Shown here one piece after another: positions 9,260-17,593 of a stretch of 32,000 nt of DNA (positions within the stretch are counted from its first letter, which is position 1; every line of letters begins with the position of its first letter). The position numbers and the translations under genes were made by a program. The DNA comes from Mycobacterium tuberculosis H37Rv. Lineage in GTDB: Bacteria; Actinomycetota; Actinomycetes; Mycobacteriales; Mycobacteriaceae. The notes under the pieces are model-generated. The model did not search any database, was not told the DNA's origin, and worked only from the letters and a program-made list of their open reading frames with translations. The DNA lies in the NCBI RefSeq assembly GCF_000195955.2, contig NC_000962.3:1890001-1922000 (forward strand), written 5' to 3'.

Positions 9260-9916
9260 TTATGTTCGAACAACCGGCAGATCGGCTGCCAGCCATTCGG
9301 AGAACCCGCCGTCGAGTCGGCGGGCAGAAAATCCGTTGGGGCGCAACAGTTCTAGCGCGTCATAGGCATACACGCAGTAAGGTCCTCGGCAGCAGGCGAC
9401 GATGTCGATGCCGGACGGGAGTTCATCAAGCCGCTCGGCCAGTTCGTCGAGGGGAATGCTCACTGCCCCGGGCAGATGCCCGGCGGCGTATTCCATGGCC
9501 GGCCGCACGTCGAGGACCAGCACCGACCCGGCGGCCACCCGAGCTTGCAACTCGTCTCGGCTGATCGGTTCCAGGCTGTCTCTGTCGGTGTAGTACTGCC
9601 GCACCAGGGAGCCGACCGAGGCCAGATTGCGTTCGGCCACAGCGCGCACCGCGCGCACTACGTCCCACACCTGCGGATCCGACAGTGCGTAAATCACCCG
9701 TTTGCCGTCCCGGCGGCTGGTCACCAGGCCGGCGCGCCGAAGTTGCAACAAGTGCTGGGAGGCATTGGCAAACGTCAACCCCGACGCACGAGCCAGCGCG
9801 TCCACACTGCGTTCACCCTGCACCAGCAGATCCAACAGCTCCAATCGATGGCCGCTGGACAGCGCTTGCCCGACCAGGGCGAACTGCTCGAAGATCAGCT
9901 TCTTTGCACCGGACAT
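9260..9916 (-). CDS. ArsR-family HTH regulator fused to a rhodanese domain
   Basis: N-terminal HTH 'ASGLTFANASQHLLQLRRAGLVTSRRDGKRVIYAL'. C-terminal rhodanese 'LVLDVRPAMEYAAGHLPGAVSIP' and active loop 'CCRGPYC'. Confidence 0.92.
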   Translation of the reverse strand: MSGAKKLIFEQFALVGQALSSGHRLELLDLLVQGERSVDALARASGLTFANASQHLLQLRRAGLVTSRRDGKRVIYALSDPQVWDVVRAVRAVAERNLASVGSLVRQYYTDRDSLEPISRDELQARVAAGSVLVLDVRPAMEYAAGHLPGAVSIPLDELAERLDELPSGIDIVACCRGPYCVYAYDALELLRPNGFSARRLDGGFSEWLAADLPVVRT

Positions 9917-10100
9917 GCCGCCGCTCCATTCCTCGATTCAGATGTTCGTATATTCAATTGATTGTTTGATCATGTCATTCCGACACGCTGCTGCGGTTTC
10001 GCCGCCGGGGCGTCGCACCGCTACTCGGTGCCGGCTACGGCCTCACCCGCGGCCGCGGGTTCGCGACCGGGCCCTGCGCCGCGCCCTCGGGGTGGGCGGA

Positions 10101-10247
10101 ATGTCCTCCGCGGTCAGCACCGGTGCATTCCTGACCACCGTGTGCCTCGCGCACCTGGTGCTCGGCGCGCTTATGGGTGTACTAGTGCACGAATTCGGCG
10201 CCGACATGCTGTCGTTGTGGCCCGTGGGACCGGCGCTGTGTCATTGA
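10101..10247 (+). pseudogene. Possible small membrane protein or remnant of a larger membrane protein (unannotated candidate)
   Basis: ATG 10101 gives '[48 protein letters not shown]'. Strongly hydrophobic 'LTTVCLAHLVLGALMGVLV', and a plausible helix upstream lies in another frame. Confidence 0.35.
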
Positions 10248-10975
10248 GCCCGGGCGCGTAATCCGTGTTGGTCGGTGATCTCGATGACCGCATACCCGAC
10301 GGTGATCAATCGGTCGCGCTCGAACTCCTTGAGAATCTTGTTGATCGATGGGCGCTGCGCTCCAAGCATTGCGGCGAGGGTGCGTTGGGCAAGTTCGATA
10401 CGGGCATCGATTGCCTCGTCGAGCAGGAGCTGCGCAACCTGCGCGGGCAGCGGGCGGCCAAGCATGCCCATTAACCGAATCTGCGCAGTCGACACCCGTT
10501 GCGCCACACTCGACAGCCACCGCCGTGCGATGGCCGGGTGGGTAGCTAGCAGCCGCTCGAACGCCTGCCGGTCCAGGAACAGGCAGGTCGCTTGGGTCAA
10601 GGCGCGCCCCGTGTAGACCATCGGCATCTCCAGTAGCAGCGGGATGTCGCCATCGACATCGCCGGGATGAAGGATGTTCACCACGGCGCGGCGCCGCCTG
10701 GAGCCGACCGCGAGCTCAATTAATCCGTGTCGCACAATCCACACCCCGTCCGCGGTTTGATCGGCGTGGAATACCACTGCCCCGGGGGCAAACTCCTTGA
10801 CTTGTAACGTTTCGGCCAATGCCGACACATCGTCACGGTGCAGTGGCGCCGAGCCTCCGCGACCGACGCACCGCGCAATCCAGGCTGCCTGTCGGACCTG
10901 GGCCTCGGAAGGCGGTTGGCCCCCAGTCACCGCATGAACGAGATGCCGCAGCGGGCGCACCGACCGATCTGCCAT
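10241..10975 (-). CDS. cmr: CRP/FNR-family transcriptional regulator Cmr
   Basis: Cyclic-nucleotide-binding-like domain '[27 protein letters not shown]' and C-terminal HTH '[26 protein letters not shown]'. Confidence 0.92.
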
Positions 10976-11046
10976 GGCCCCTCCTTGAGAGCAGGCGATG
11001 CCGTCATCGTGCTGCCAATTGTCAGCGCGCGTGGATTGCGTGCGGG

Positions 11047-11751
11047 TTGGCTTGCCCTGAATGGGAAATTAGTCGATCGAAGAGAACACGCAAGCCCGTT
11101 CTGCGCCCCAGGCACTCTGTCAGCACGCTGACAAACCGATTCTTGGCGGAGTTTTGCCATCGGTATGGTATTGGGGTGCCTACTCGATTGGCCCGCGGTG
11201 CGACCGTGCCGACTCGCCGTCTGCAGGACATCAACGATCAACCGGTGGACGTCCCGGCTGCGACCGGAAGGACACACCTGCAGTTTCGGCGGTTCGCGGC
11301 CTGTCCGATCTGCCACCTGCACCTGCGCAGCTTCGCCAACCGGCACCAAGAGGTTGCGGACAGTGGAATCACCGAGGTGGTGTTTTTTCATTCGGCGGCC
11401 GACGCGCTGCGCGGATACCAGTCCTTGCTACCGTTCGCCGTGATCGCCGACCCCGACCGAGTGCAGTACCGCGAGTTCGGCGTAGAGAAAAGTCTGGGCG
11501 CCATCACTCATCCGCGGGCATTGTGGGCTGCCGTTCGGGGGTCGGCGGCGATGTTGCATCGCAACGATCCGGAACGGGCGGGCGTCGGATTCGGTGACGG
11601 CACAACGCATCTGGGATTGCCCGCCGACTTTCTCCTGGATGCCGATGGAACTGTCGCCGCTGTGCACTATGGGCGTCATGCCGACGACCAATGGTCGGTG
11701 GATCAGCTCATCGACATCAACCGCTCGCTTGGAGGTAAGGGCACTCAGTGA
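11047..11751 (+). CDS. Peroxiredoxin/AhpC-TSA-like protein with CPIC motif (start codon uncertain)
   Basis: '[21 protein letters not shown]' and downstream thioredoxin-fold features '[18 protein letters not shown]'. Stop overlaps the dsbF start. Confidence 0.82.
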
Positions 11752-12296
11752 CTCATTCCCGTCTGATTGGCGCACTTACCGTAGTCGCAATTATCGTCAC
11801 TGCATGTGGTTCGCAGCCGAAATCCCAGCCCGCAGTGGCACCTACCGGGGACGCGGCCGCTGCCACCCAGGTGCCGGCGGGCCAAACCGTTCCCGCCCAG
11901 CTGCAGTTCAGCGCCAAAACCCTTGATGGGCACGACTTTCACGGGGAAAGCCTGCTGGGTAAGCCCGCGGTGCTGTGGTTCTGGGCGCCCTGGTGTCCGA
12001 CGTGCCAAGGCGAAGCGCCGGTAGTCGGCCAGGTCGCCGCGTCACACCCGGAAGTGACGTTCGTCGGGGTGGCCGGCCTGGATCAAGTACCCGCAATGCA
12101 GGAGTTCGTCAACAAATACCCGGTGAAAACGTTTACCCAGCTGGCTGATACCGACGGGTCGGTCTGGGCGAATTTCGGTGTCACCCAGCAGCCTGCGTAC
12201 GCGTTCGTTGACCCGCACGGCAACGTCGACGTCGTCAGGGGTCGGATGTCGCAGGACGAACTGACGCGGCGCGTCACGGCGTTAACCAGCCGTTGA
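11748..12296 (+). CDS. dsbF: Thioredoxin-like lipoprotein DsbF
   Basis: Lipobox-like 'VTACGS', active site 'WFWAPWCPTCQGEAP', cis-Pro region 'VTQQPAYAFVDPHG'. Confidence 0.95.
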   Translation: MTHSRLIGALTVVAIIVTACGSQPKSQPAVAPTGDAAAATQVPAGQTVPAQLQFSAKTLDGHDFHGESLLGKPAVLWFWAPWCPTCQGEAPVVGQVAASHPEVTFVGVAGLDQVPAMQEFVNKYPVKTFTQLADTDGSVWANFGVTQQPAYAFVDPHGNVDVVRGRMSQDELTRRVTALTSR

Positions 12297-12396
12297 TCGA
12301 CGCCACGCCGGTCGGCTTGGCGTTGGCCCACGCAGAAATGCCTGGCCTTCGCGACGAGTTGGGGCTTGCGCCGCGTGTGATACTGCCCTCATGACG

Positions 12397-13299
12397 ATGG
12401 CTCGGGTGCGTCGCGGCACGGAACTGTTGTTGTCACCTCAGTCGCCGCCGGCCACCGGCGGGCTGATCGTGTTGACCGGTCTGCGGCTGTTGGCTGGGTT
12501 GATCTGGCTCTACAACGTGGTCTGGAAGGTGCCGCCGGACTTCGGTGAGCGCGGCCGGCGGGACCTGTATCACTTCACGCATCTGGCGGTTGAACACCCG
12601 GTGTTCACACCGTTCAGCTGGGTGATCGAGCATGCCGTGCTGCCGTACTTCACGGCATTCGGTTGGGGGGTGTTGTTCGCGGAGTCCGCGCTGGCGGTGC
12701 TGCTGCTGACCGGGACGGCCGTGCGGCTGGCCGCGTTGATCGGGATCGGGCAGTCGGTCGCGATCGGGCTGTCGGTGGCCGAGTCACCCGGGGAGTGGCC
12801 GTGGGCGTACGCGATGCTGCTGGGCATCCACGTCGTCTTGCTGTTCACCTGCTCGACCCGGTACGCCGCCGTCGACGCGGTGCGCGCCGCCGCCACGGGG
12901 TCGGCCGCTCGGACGGCGGCGCAGCGGCTGCTGGCCGGTTGGGGAATCGTGCTTGGGCTGATCGGACTTGTCGCGGTATGGCGTGGCCTGGGCGATGATC
13001 GACCCGCCTATGTCGGGATACGGGCGTTGGAGTTCTCCCTCGGGGAATACAACCTGCGCGGCGCACTGGCGCTGATCGCGATCGCGCTGGCAATGTTGGC
13101 GGCCGCCAAACGCGGCTGGCGCACCGTCGCGTTGGTCGCGGCGGTGGTCGCGGTGGCCGCCGCGGCCGCCATCTACCTGCAAGTCGGCCGGACCGCGGTG
13201 TGGCTCGGCGGGACGAACACCACCGCAGCGGTTTTCGTGTGCGCGGCGGTGGTGAGTCTGGCAACCGAATTCCGGATCGGACGGGTGGAAGGGGCGTGA
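12397..13299 (+). CDS. Integral membrane protein, DoxX/DoxD-like
   Basis: Multiple hydrophobic helices. 'LTGLRLLAGLIWLYNVVWKVPPDFG...' resembles the DoxX/TQO small subunit family. Confidence 0.75.
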   Translation: MARVRRGTELLLSPQSPPATGGLIVLTGLRLLAGLIWLYNVVWKVPPDFGERGRRDLYHFTHLAVEHPVFTPFSWVIEHAVLPYFTAFGWGVLFAESALAVLLLTGTAVRLAALIGIGQSVAIGLSVAESPGEWPWAYAMLLGIHVVLLFTCSTRYAAVDAVRAAATGSAARTAAQRLLAGWGIVLGLIGLVAVWRGLGDDRPAYVGIRALEFSLGEYNLRGALALIAIALAMLAAAKRGWRTVALVAAVVAVAAAAAIYLQVGRTAVWLGGTNTTAAVFVCAAVVSLATEFRIGRVEGA

Positions 13300-14420
13300 T
13301 GGCCACACCGGGCGTTGTGCAGGAAGTCGTTTCCGTCGCTGCAGAACACGCCGAGCGGGTCGACACCGACTGTGCTTTCCCGGCCGAGGCGGTCGACGCC
13401 CTCCGCAAGACCGGCCTGCTGGGTCTGGTGCTGCCCCGCGAGATCGGCGGAATGGGTTCCGGACCAGTGGAATTCACCGAGGTGGTCGCCCAGCTGTCGG
13501 CTGCATGTGGATCAACGGCGATGATCTATTTGATGCACATGGCGGCCGCTGTCACGGTAGCCGCGTCGCCTCCGCCGGGTCTGCCGGATCTGTTGGCGGA
13601 CATGGCTTCCGGAAAACAACTTGGCACCTTGGCATTCAGTGAACCGGGTTCTCGTTCGCACTTCTGGGCGCCCGTGTCCACGGCGAGCGCCGACGGTGAC
13701 GGCATCGCGGTGCGGGCCGACAAGAGCTGGGTGACCTCGGCGGGGTTCGCCGACGTCTATGTGGTGTCCGTCGGTTCGGCCGACGGTGCCGCGGGCGACG
13801 TCGACCTCTACGCGGTTCCGGCGGACACACCGGGCCTGCGGGTAGCGGGCACCTTCACCGGGATGGGTCTGCGGGGGAATGCCTCCGCGCCAATGGCCGT
13901 CGACATTCGCATCCCGGATTCGTATCGTCTCGGGGAGGCCGGCGGCGGATTCGGCATCATGATGCAAACGGTACTGCCCTGGTTCAATCTCGGAAATGCG
14001 GCTGTCTCACTGGGTTTGGCGACCGCAGCCACCGGTGCCGCGGTCAAGCACGTCGGGACCGCCCGGTTGGAACACCTCGGTGGCAGCCTGGCCGAGCTGC
14101 CCACGATCCGCGCCCAGATCGCTCGGATGGGCACCACGCTGGCCGCGCAAAAGGCGTACCTTGAGGTCGCCGCCAACAGTGTCAGCTCGCCCGACGACAC
14201 CACCTTGACCCACGTGCTGGGTGTGAAGGCCTCGGTCAACGACGCCGCGCTGACCATCACCGAATCGGCCATGCGGGTGTGCGGCGGGGCCGCGTTCTCC
14301 AAGCATCTGCCCATCGAACGCGCCTTCCGCGACGCCCGGGCGGGGTCGGTGATGGCGCCAACCGCCGACGCGCTCTACGACTTCTACGGCAGGGCCGTCA
14401 CCGGGCTGCCGCTGTTCTAG
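13299..14420 (+). CDS. fadE16: Acyl-CoA-dehydrogenase-family flavoprotein FadE16
   Basis: ATG 13299 overlaps the upstream TGA. 'LGTLAFSEPGS', 'VTSAGFADVYVV', 'RVCGGAAFSKHLPIERAFRDARAG' are ACAD-fold motifs. Confidence 0.9.
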   Translation: MATPGVVQEVVSVAAEHAERVDTDCAFPAEAVDALRKTGLLGLVLPREIGGMGSGPVEFTEVVAQLSAACGSTAMIYLMHMAAAVTVAASPPPGLPDLLADMASGKQLGTLAFSEPGSRSHFWAPVSTASADGDGIAVRADKSWVTSAGFADVYVVSVGSADGAAGDVDLYAVPADTPGLRVAGTFTGMGLRGNASAPMAVDIRIPDSYRLGEAGGGFGIMMQTVLPWFNLGNAAVSLGLATAATGAAVKHVGTARLEHLGGSLAELPTIRAQIARMGTTLAAQKAYLEVAANSVSSPDDTTLTHVLGVKASVNDAALTITESAMRVCGGAAFSKHLPIERAFRDARAGSVMAPTADALYDFYGRAVTGLPLF

Positions 14421-14428
14421 GAGGCGAT

Positions 14429-15253
14429 ATGTCAACCGAACCGCTCGTCGTGGGAGCAGTCGCATACACACCCAACGTGGTCCCGATTTGGGAAGGCATC
14501 CGCGGCTACTTCCAAGACTCCGAAAGCCCGGACACCCAAATGGATTTCGTGCTCTACTCCAACTACGCGCGGCTGGTCGATTCGCTGATCGCCGGCCACA
14601 TCGACATCGCCTGGAACACCAACCTGGCCTACGTGCGGACCGTGCTGCAAACCGGCGGGCGGTGCACGCCATTGGCCCAGCGCGATACCGACGTCGACTA
14701 CACCACCGTGTTCGTTGCACATGCCGGCAGCGATCTGCACGGCGCTAAAGACATTGCCGGAAAGCGCCTTGCGCTCGGGTCCGCCGACTCTGCGCACGCG
14801 GCCATCTTGCCGCTCTATTATCTGCGCCGGGCGGGCATCGCCGAGTCTGACCTGCAGGTGATCCGCTTCGACACCGACATCGGCAAGCACGGCGACACCG
14901 GTCGCAGCGAACTCGACGCGGTGGATGCGGTGCTCGCCGGTGAGGCCGACGTGGCGGCGATCGGCAGCTCCACGTGGGCCGCGATGGGCGCCGCGGAGCT
15001 GATGGGGGAGTCGTTGACCGAGGTGTGGCGCACCGACGGCTACTGCCACTGCATGTTCACCGCGCTGGATACGCTGCCCGCCGAAAGATACCAGCCGTGG
15101 CTCGACCGGTTGCTGGCGATGAGCTGGGATGACTCCGAGCATCGAAAGATCCTCGAACTCGAGGGTTTACGACGTTGGGTGCCTCCGCACCTGGACGGCT
15201 ACAAGCCGCTGTTCGAGGCCGTGCAGGAGCAGGGCATCGACCCGCGATGGTGA
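14429..15253 (+). CDS. PhnD/TauA-like substrate-binding-fold protein lacking an obvious signal peptide
   Basis: 'SLIAGHIDIAWNTNLAYV', 'DIAGKRLALGSADSAHAAILPLYYL', 'DAVLAGEADVAAIGSSTW' are typical of phosphonate/alkylsulfonate binding proteins. RBS 'aggagg' precedes the ATG. Confidence 0.82.
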   Translation: MSTEPLVVGAVAYTPNVVPIWEGIRGYFQDSESPDTQMDFVLYSNYARLVDSLIAGHIDIAWNTNLAYVRTVLQTGGRCTPLAQRDTDVDYTTVFVAHAGSDLHGAKDIAGKRLALGSADSAHAAILPLYYLRRAGIAESDLQVIRFDTDIGKHGDTGRSELDAVDAVLAGEADVAAIGSSTWAAMGAAELMGESLTEVWRTDGYCHCMFTALDTLPAERYQPWLDRLLAMSWDDSEHRKILELEGLRRWVPPHLDGYKPLFEAVQEQGIDPRW

Positions 15254-16242
15254 TCATAGAGCTGATGCGCCGGGTGGTAGGTCTCGCACAGGGAGCTACC
15301 GCCGAGGTCGCCGTCTATGGCGACCGAGATCGTGATCTCGCGGAGCGATGGTGCGCGAACACCGGAAACACCCTGGTGCGCGCCGACGTGGACCAGACCG
15401 GCGTCGGCACCCTGGTGGTGCGCCGCGGCCATCCGCCTGACCCGGCAAGCGTGTTGGGCCCCGACCGGCTACCCGGGGTCCGGTTGTGGCTGTACACCAA
15501 CTTCCACTGCAACCTGTGCTGCGACTACTGCTGCGTCTCGTCGTCACCAAGCACCCCGCATCGCGAACTGGGGGCGGAGCGGATCGGCCGAATCGTCGGT
15601 GAAGCGGCGCGCTGGGGAGTGCGCGAACTGTTCCTCACCGGCGGTGAGCCGTTCCTGCTGCCCGACATCGACACGATCATCGCGACCTGTGTGAAGCAGT
15701 TGCCCACCACCGTCCTCACCAACGGCATGGTGTTCAAAGGGCGGGGTCGGCGCGCGCTGGAATCCCTACCTAGAGGGCTCGCCTTGCAGATCAGCCTGGA
15801 CTCGGCCACCCCGGAGCTGCACGATGCGCACCGCGGCGCGGGGACGTGGGTCAAGGCAGTAGCTGGTATCCGGTTGGCGCTCTCACTTGGCTTCCGGGTG
15901 CGGGTGGCCGCGACGGTTGCCAGCCCCGCACCTGGCGAGCTGACGGCGTTTCACGACTTCCTCGACGGGCTTGGCATCGCACCCGGGGATCAGCTGGTCC
16001 GGCCGATCGCGCTGGAGGGCGCCGCGTCGCAAGGGGTGGCGCTCACCCGCGAATCGCTGGTTCCCGAGGTGACCGTCACCGCCGACGGCGTGTACTGGCA
16101 CCCAGTGGCCGCCACCGACGAGCGCGCCCTGGTCACCCGTACCGTCGAACCCTTGACCCCGGCGCTGGACATGGTAAGCCGGCTATTCGCCGAACAGTGG
16201 ACACGAGCCGCCGAAGAGGCCGCGTTGTTCCCGTGTGCGTAG
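15250..16242 (+). CDS. moeX: Radical SAM protein annotated as MoeX
   Basis: 'NFHCNLCCDYCC' contains the CX3CX2C cluster motif; 'LFLTGGEPFLLPDI' is the radical SAM GGEP motif. Start overlaps the upstream stop. Confidence 0.9.
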   Translation: MIIELMRRVVGLAQGATAEVAVYGDRDRDLAERWCANTGNTLVRADVDQTGVGTLVVRRGHPPDPASVLGPDRLPGVRLWLYTNFHCNLCCDYCCVSSSPSTPHRELGAERIGRIVGEAARWGVRELFLTGGEPFLLPDIDTIIATCVKQLPTTVLTNGMVFKGRGRRALESLPRGLALQISLDSATPELHDAHRGAGTWVKAVAGIRLALSLGFRVRVAATVASPAPGELTAFHDFLDGLGIAPGDQLVRPIALEGAASQGVALTRESLVPEVTVTADGVYWHPVAATDERALVTRTVEPLTPALDMVSRLFAEQWTRAAEEAALFPCA

Positions 16243-16402
16243 TGCCCAGTCTGCCGGCCGCGAACCCAGGATTAATTGCTGATGACAAGTATTGCCCTAC
16301 TGCACTATAGTTCTGCTTGCACTTGAAAACAACGAACCGTGATGCGGGTCGTAAGGGATTCCGGTAAGGAACACAGTCAAGTTCTTGCACGCGTCGGCGG
16401 CA

Positions 16403-17320
16403 GTGTTGCCTCAACGCCCAAACTGCACCAAACTGTTTCGCCCACGGCGGGGCGTGTCTGAGAGGTATCGCGTGACCACCGCCCATAACGGATCCGCTCC
16501 GCGTTTTCAACGTACCCGCTCTGGCTACGACCCGGTCGCAGTCAATCATTACATCGCCGAACTCGTGCTGCGTCAGCAGGCGCAGCACTGTGAGATTGAA
16601 ACGCTCAAGGCAGAAATAGCCAGTCTGAAGGACGAAAACGCTGCCCTGAAGGACACCTCGCCGTCAGCACAGGCGGTGACCGATCGGATGGCGAAAATGC
16701 TTCGACTCGCTGTCGACGAGGTCTTCCAGATGCAGTCGGAGGCACGGGCCGAGGCCGCAACATTAGTTTCTGCGGCTAGGGATGAGGCGGAAGCGGTCCG
16801 AACGCAGAAGCGAGAAATGCTGGCGGATATGAACGCCCGGCAAAGAGCGCTGGAGTCCGAGCATGCCGACGTGATGCGCCGCGCTCGTGAAGAGGCTGAA
16901 CAGCTTGTGGCGCAGGCAACCGCCGAGGTGGAGCGGATGCGTGTCATCGATGCCAGACGCCGTGAGAAAGCCGAGCAGGAACTTGATGCCGAAATCATCA
17001 GGCTTCGCACCGATGCCCAATTTCAGATCGACGATCAGCTGCAGGCCACACAGCAGGAGTGTGAGAAGCGGCTTGGCGAAGCCAAAATCGAGGCCGATCG
17101 ACGGCTGCATGTTGCCGACGAGCAGATTGAGCACGGCCTCAGCGAGGCTCGGCGAACGTTGGAAGAGATCAGCCAGCGGCGAGTCGGCATCCTCGAACAA
17201 CTAGCGCGTATTCACGCACAGCTCGAGAATATTCCAGCGCTCCTGGAATCGGCTCGACATAGCGAGACGGAGCCACTGCAGTCCATAAACGGCGCGGTCG
17301 CTGAGCTACGGGCCATTTAG
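16403..17320 (+). CDS. Coiled-coil DivIVA/Wag31-like protein (likely true start GTG 16472)
   Basis: 'RTRSGYDPVAVNHYIAELVLRQQAQHCEIETLKAEIASLKDENAAL' followed by a long Glu/Ala/Arg-rich coiled coil. Confidence 0.85.
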   Translation: MLPQRPNCTKLFRPRRGVSERYRVTTAHNGSAPRFQRTRSGYDPVAVNHYIAELVLRQQAQHCEIETLKAEIASLKDENAALKDTSPSAQAVTDRMAKMLRLAVDEVFQMQSEARAEAATLVSAARDEAEAVRTQKREMLADMNARQRALESEHADVMRRAREEAEQLVAQATAEVERMRVIDARRREKAEQELDAEIIRLRTDAQFQIDDQLQATQQECEKRLGEAKIEADRRLHVADEQIEHGLSEARRTLEEISQRRVGILEQLARIHAQLENIPALLESARHSETEPLQSINGAVAELRAI

Positions 17321-17460
17321 CGATCGCGTGCCTGAGCGCGACTCATCTGTGACAGTTCCGTCACGGCTGGGTCAGGTGCCGGTGTCCTGGCGACGCCGAC
17401 TGCGCACAGACCGAAACAGCACGGTGTGGATGTGCCATGATGTGCACGCTGTCAAGGCCA

Positions 17461-17572
17461 GTCGGGTGACGATGCGGGCCGGTGTGGTCCGAGGAGGAGC
17501 CCGACAATTTAAGCTAGTCGGGTGACGATGCGGGCCGGTGTGGTCCGAGGAGGAGCCCGACAATTTAAGCTA
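17461..17572. repeat. 56-bp tandem duplication immediately upstream of the Rv1683 coding region
   Basis: 'gtcgggtgacgatgcgggccggtgtggtccgaggaggagcccgacaatttaagcta' at 17461-17516 and again, identical, at 17517-17572. Confidence 0.97.
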
Positions 17573-17593
17573 GTCAGGGAGCCCTCAGGAGCG

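Noticed and set aside
16276-16311. Sigma-70-like promoter TTGCTG...TATAGT upstream of the DivIVA-like gene
   Set aside because: The spacer is about 24 bp, too long for a standard -35/-10 pair. The TATAGT hexamer alone may be a -10 but cannot be claimed from sequence.
17461-17572. Possible mobile element or att-site duplication
   Set aside because: Just two head-to-tail copies, with no transposase, integrase or flanking target duplication.
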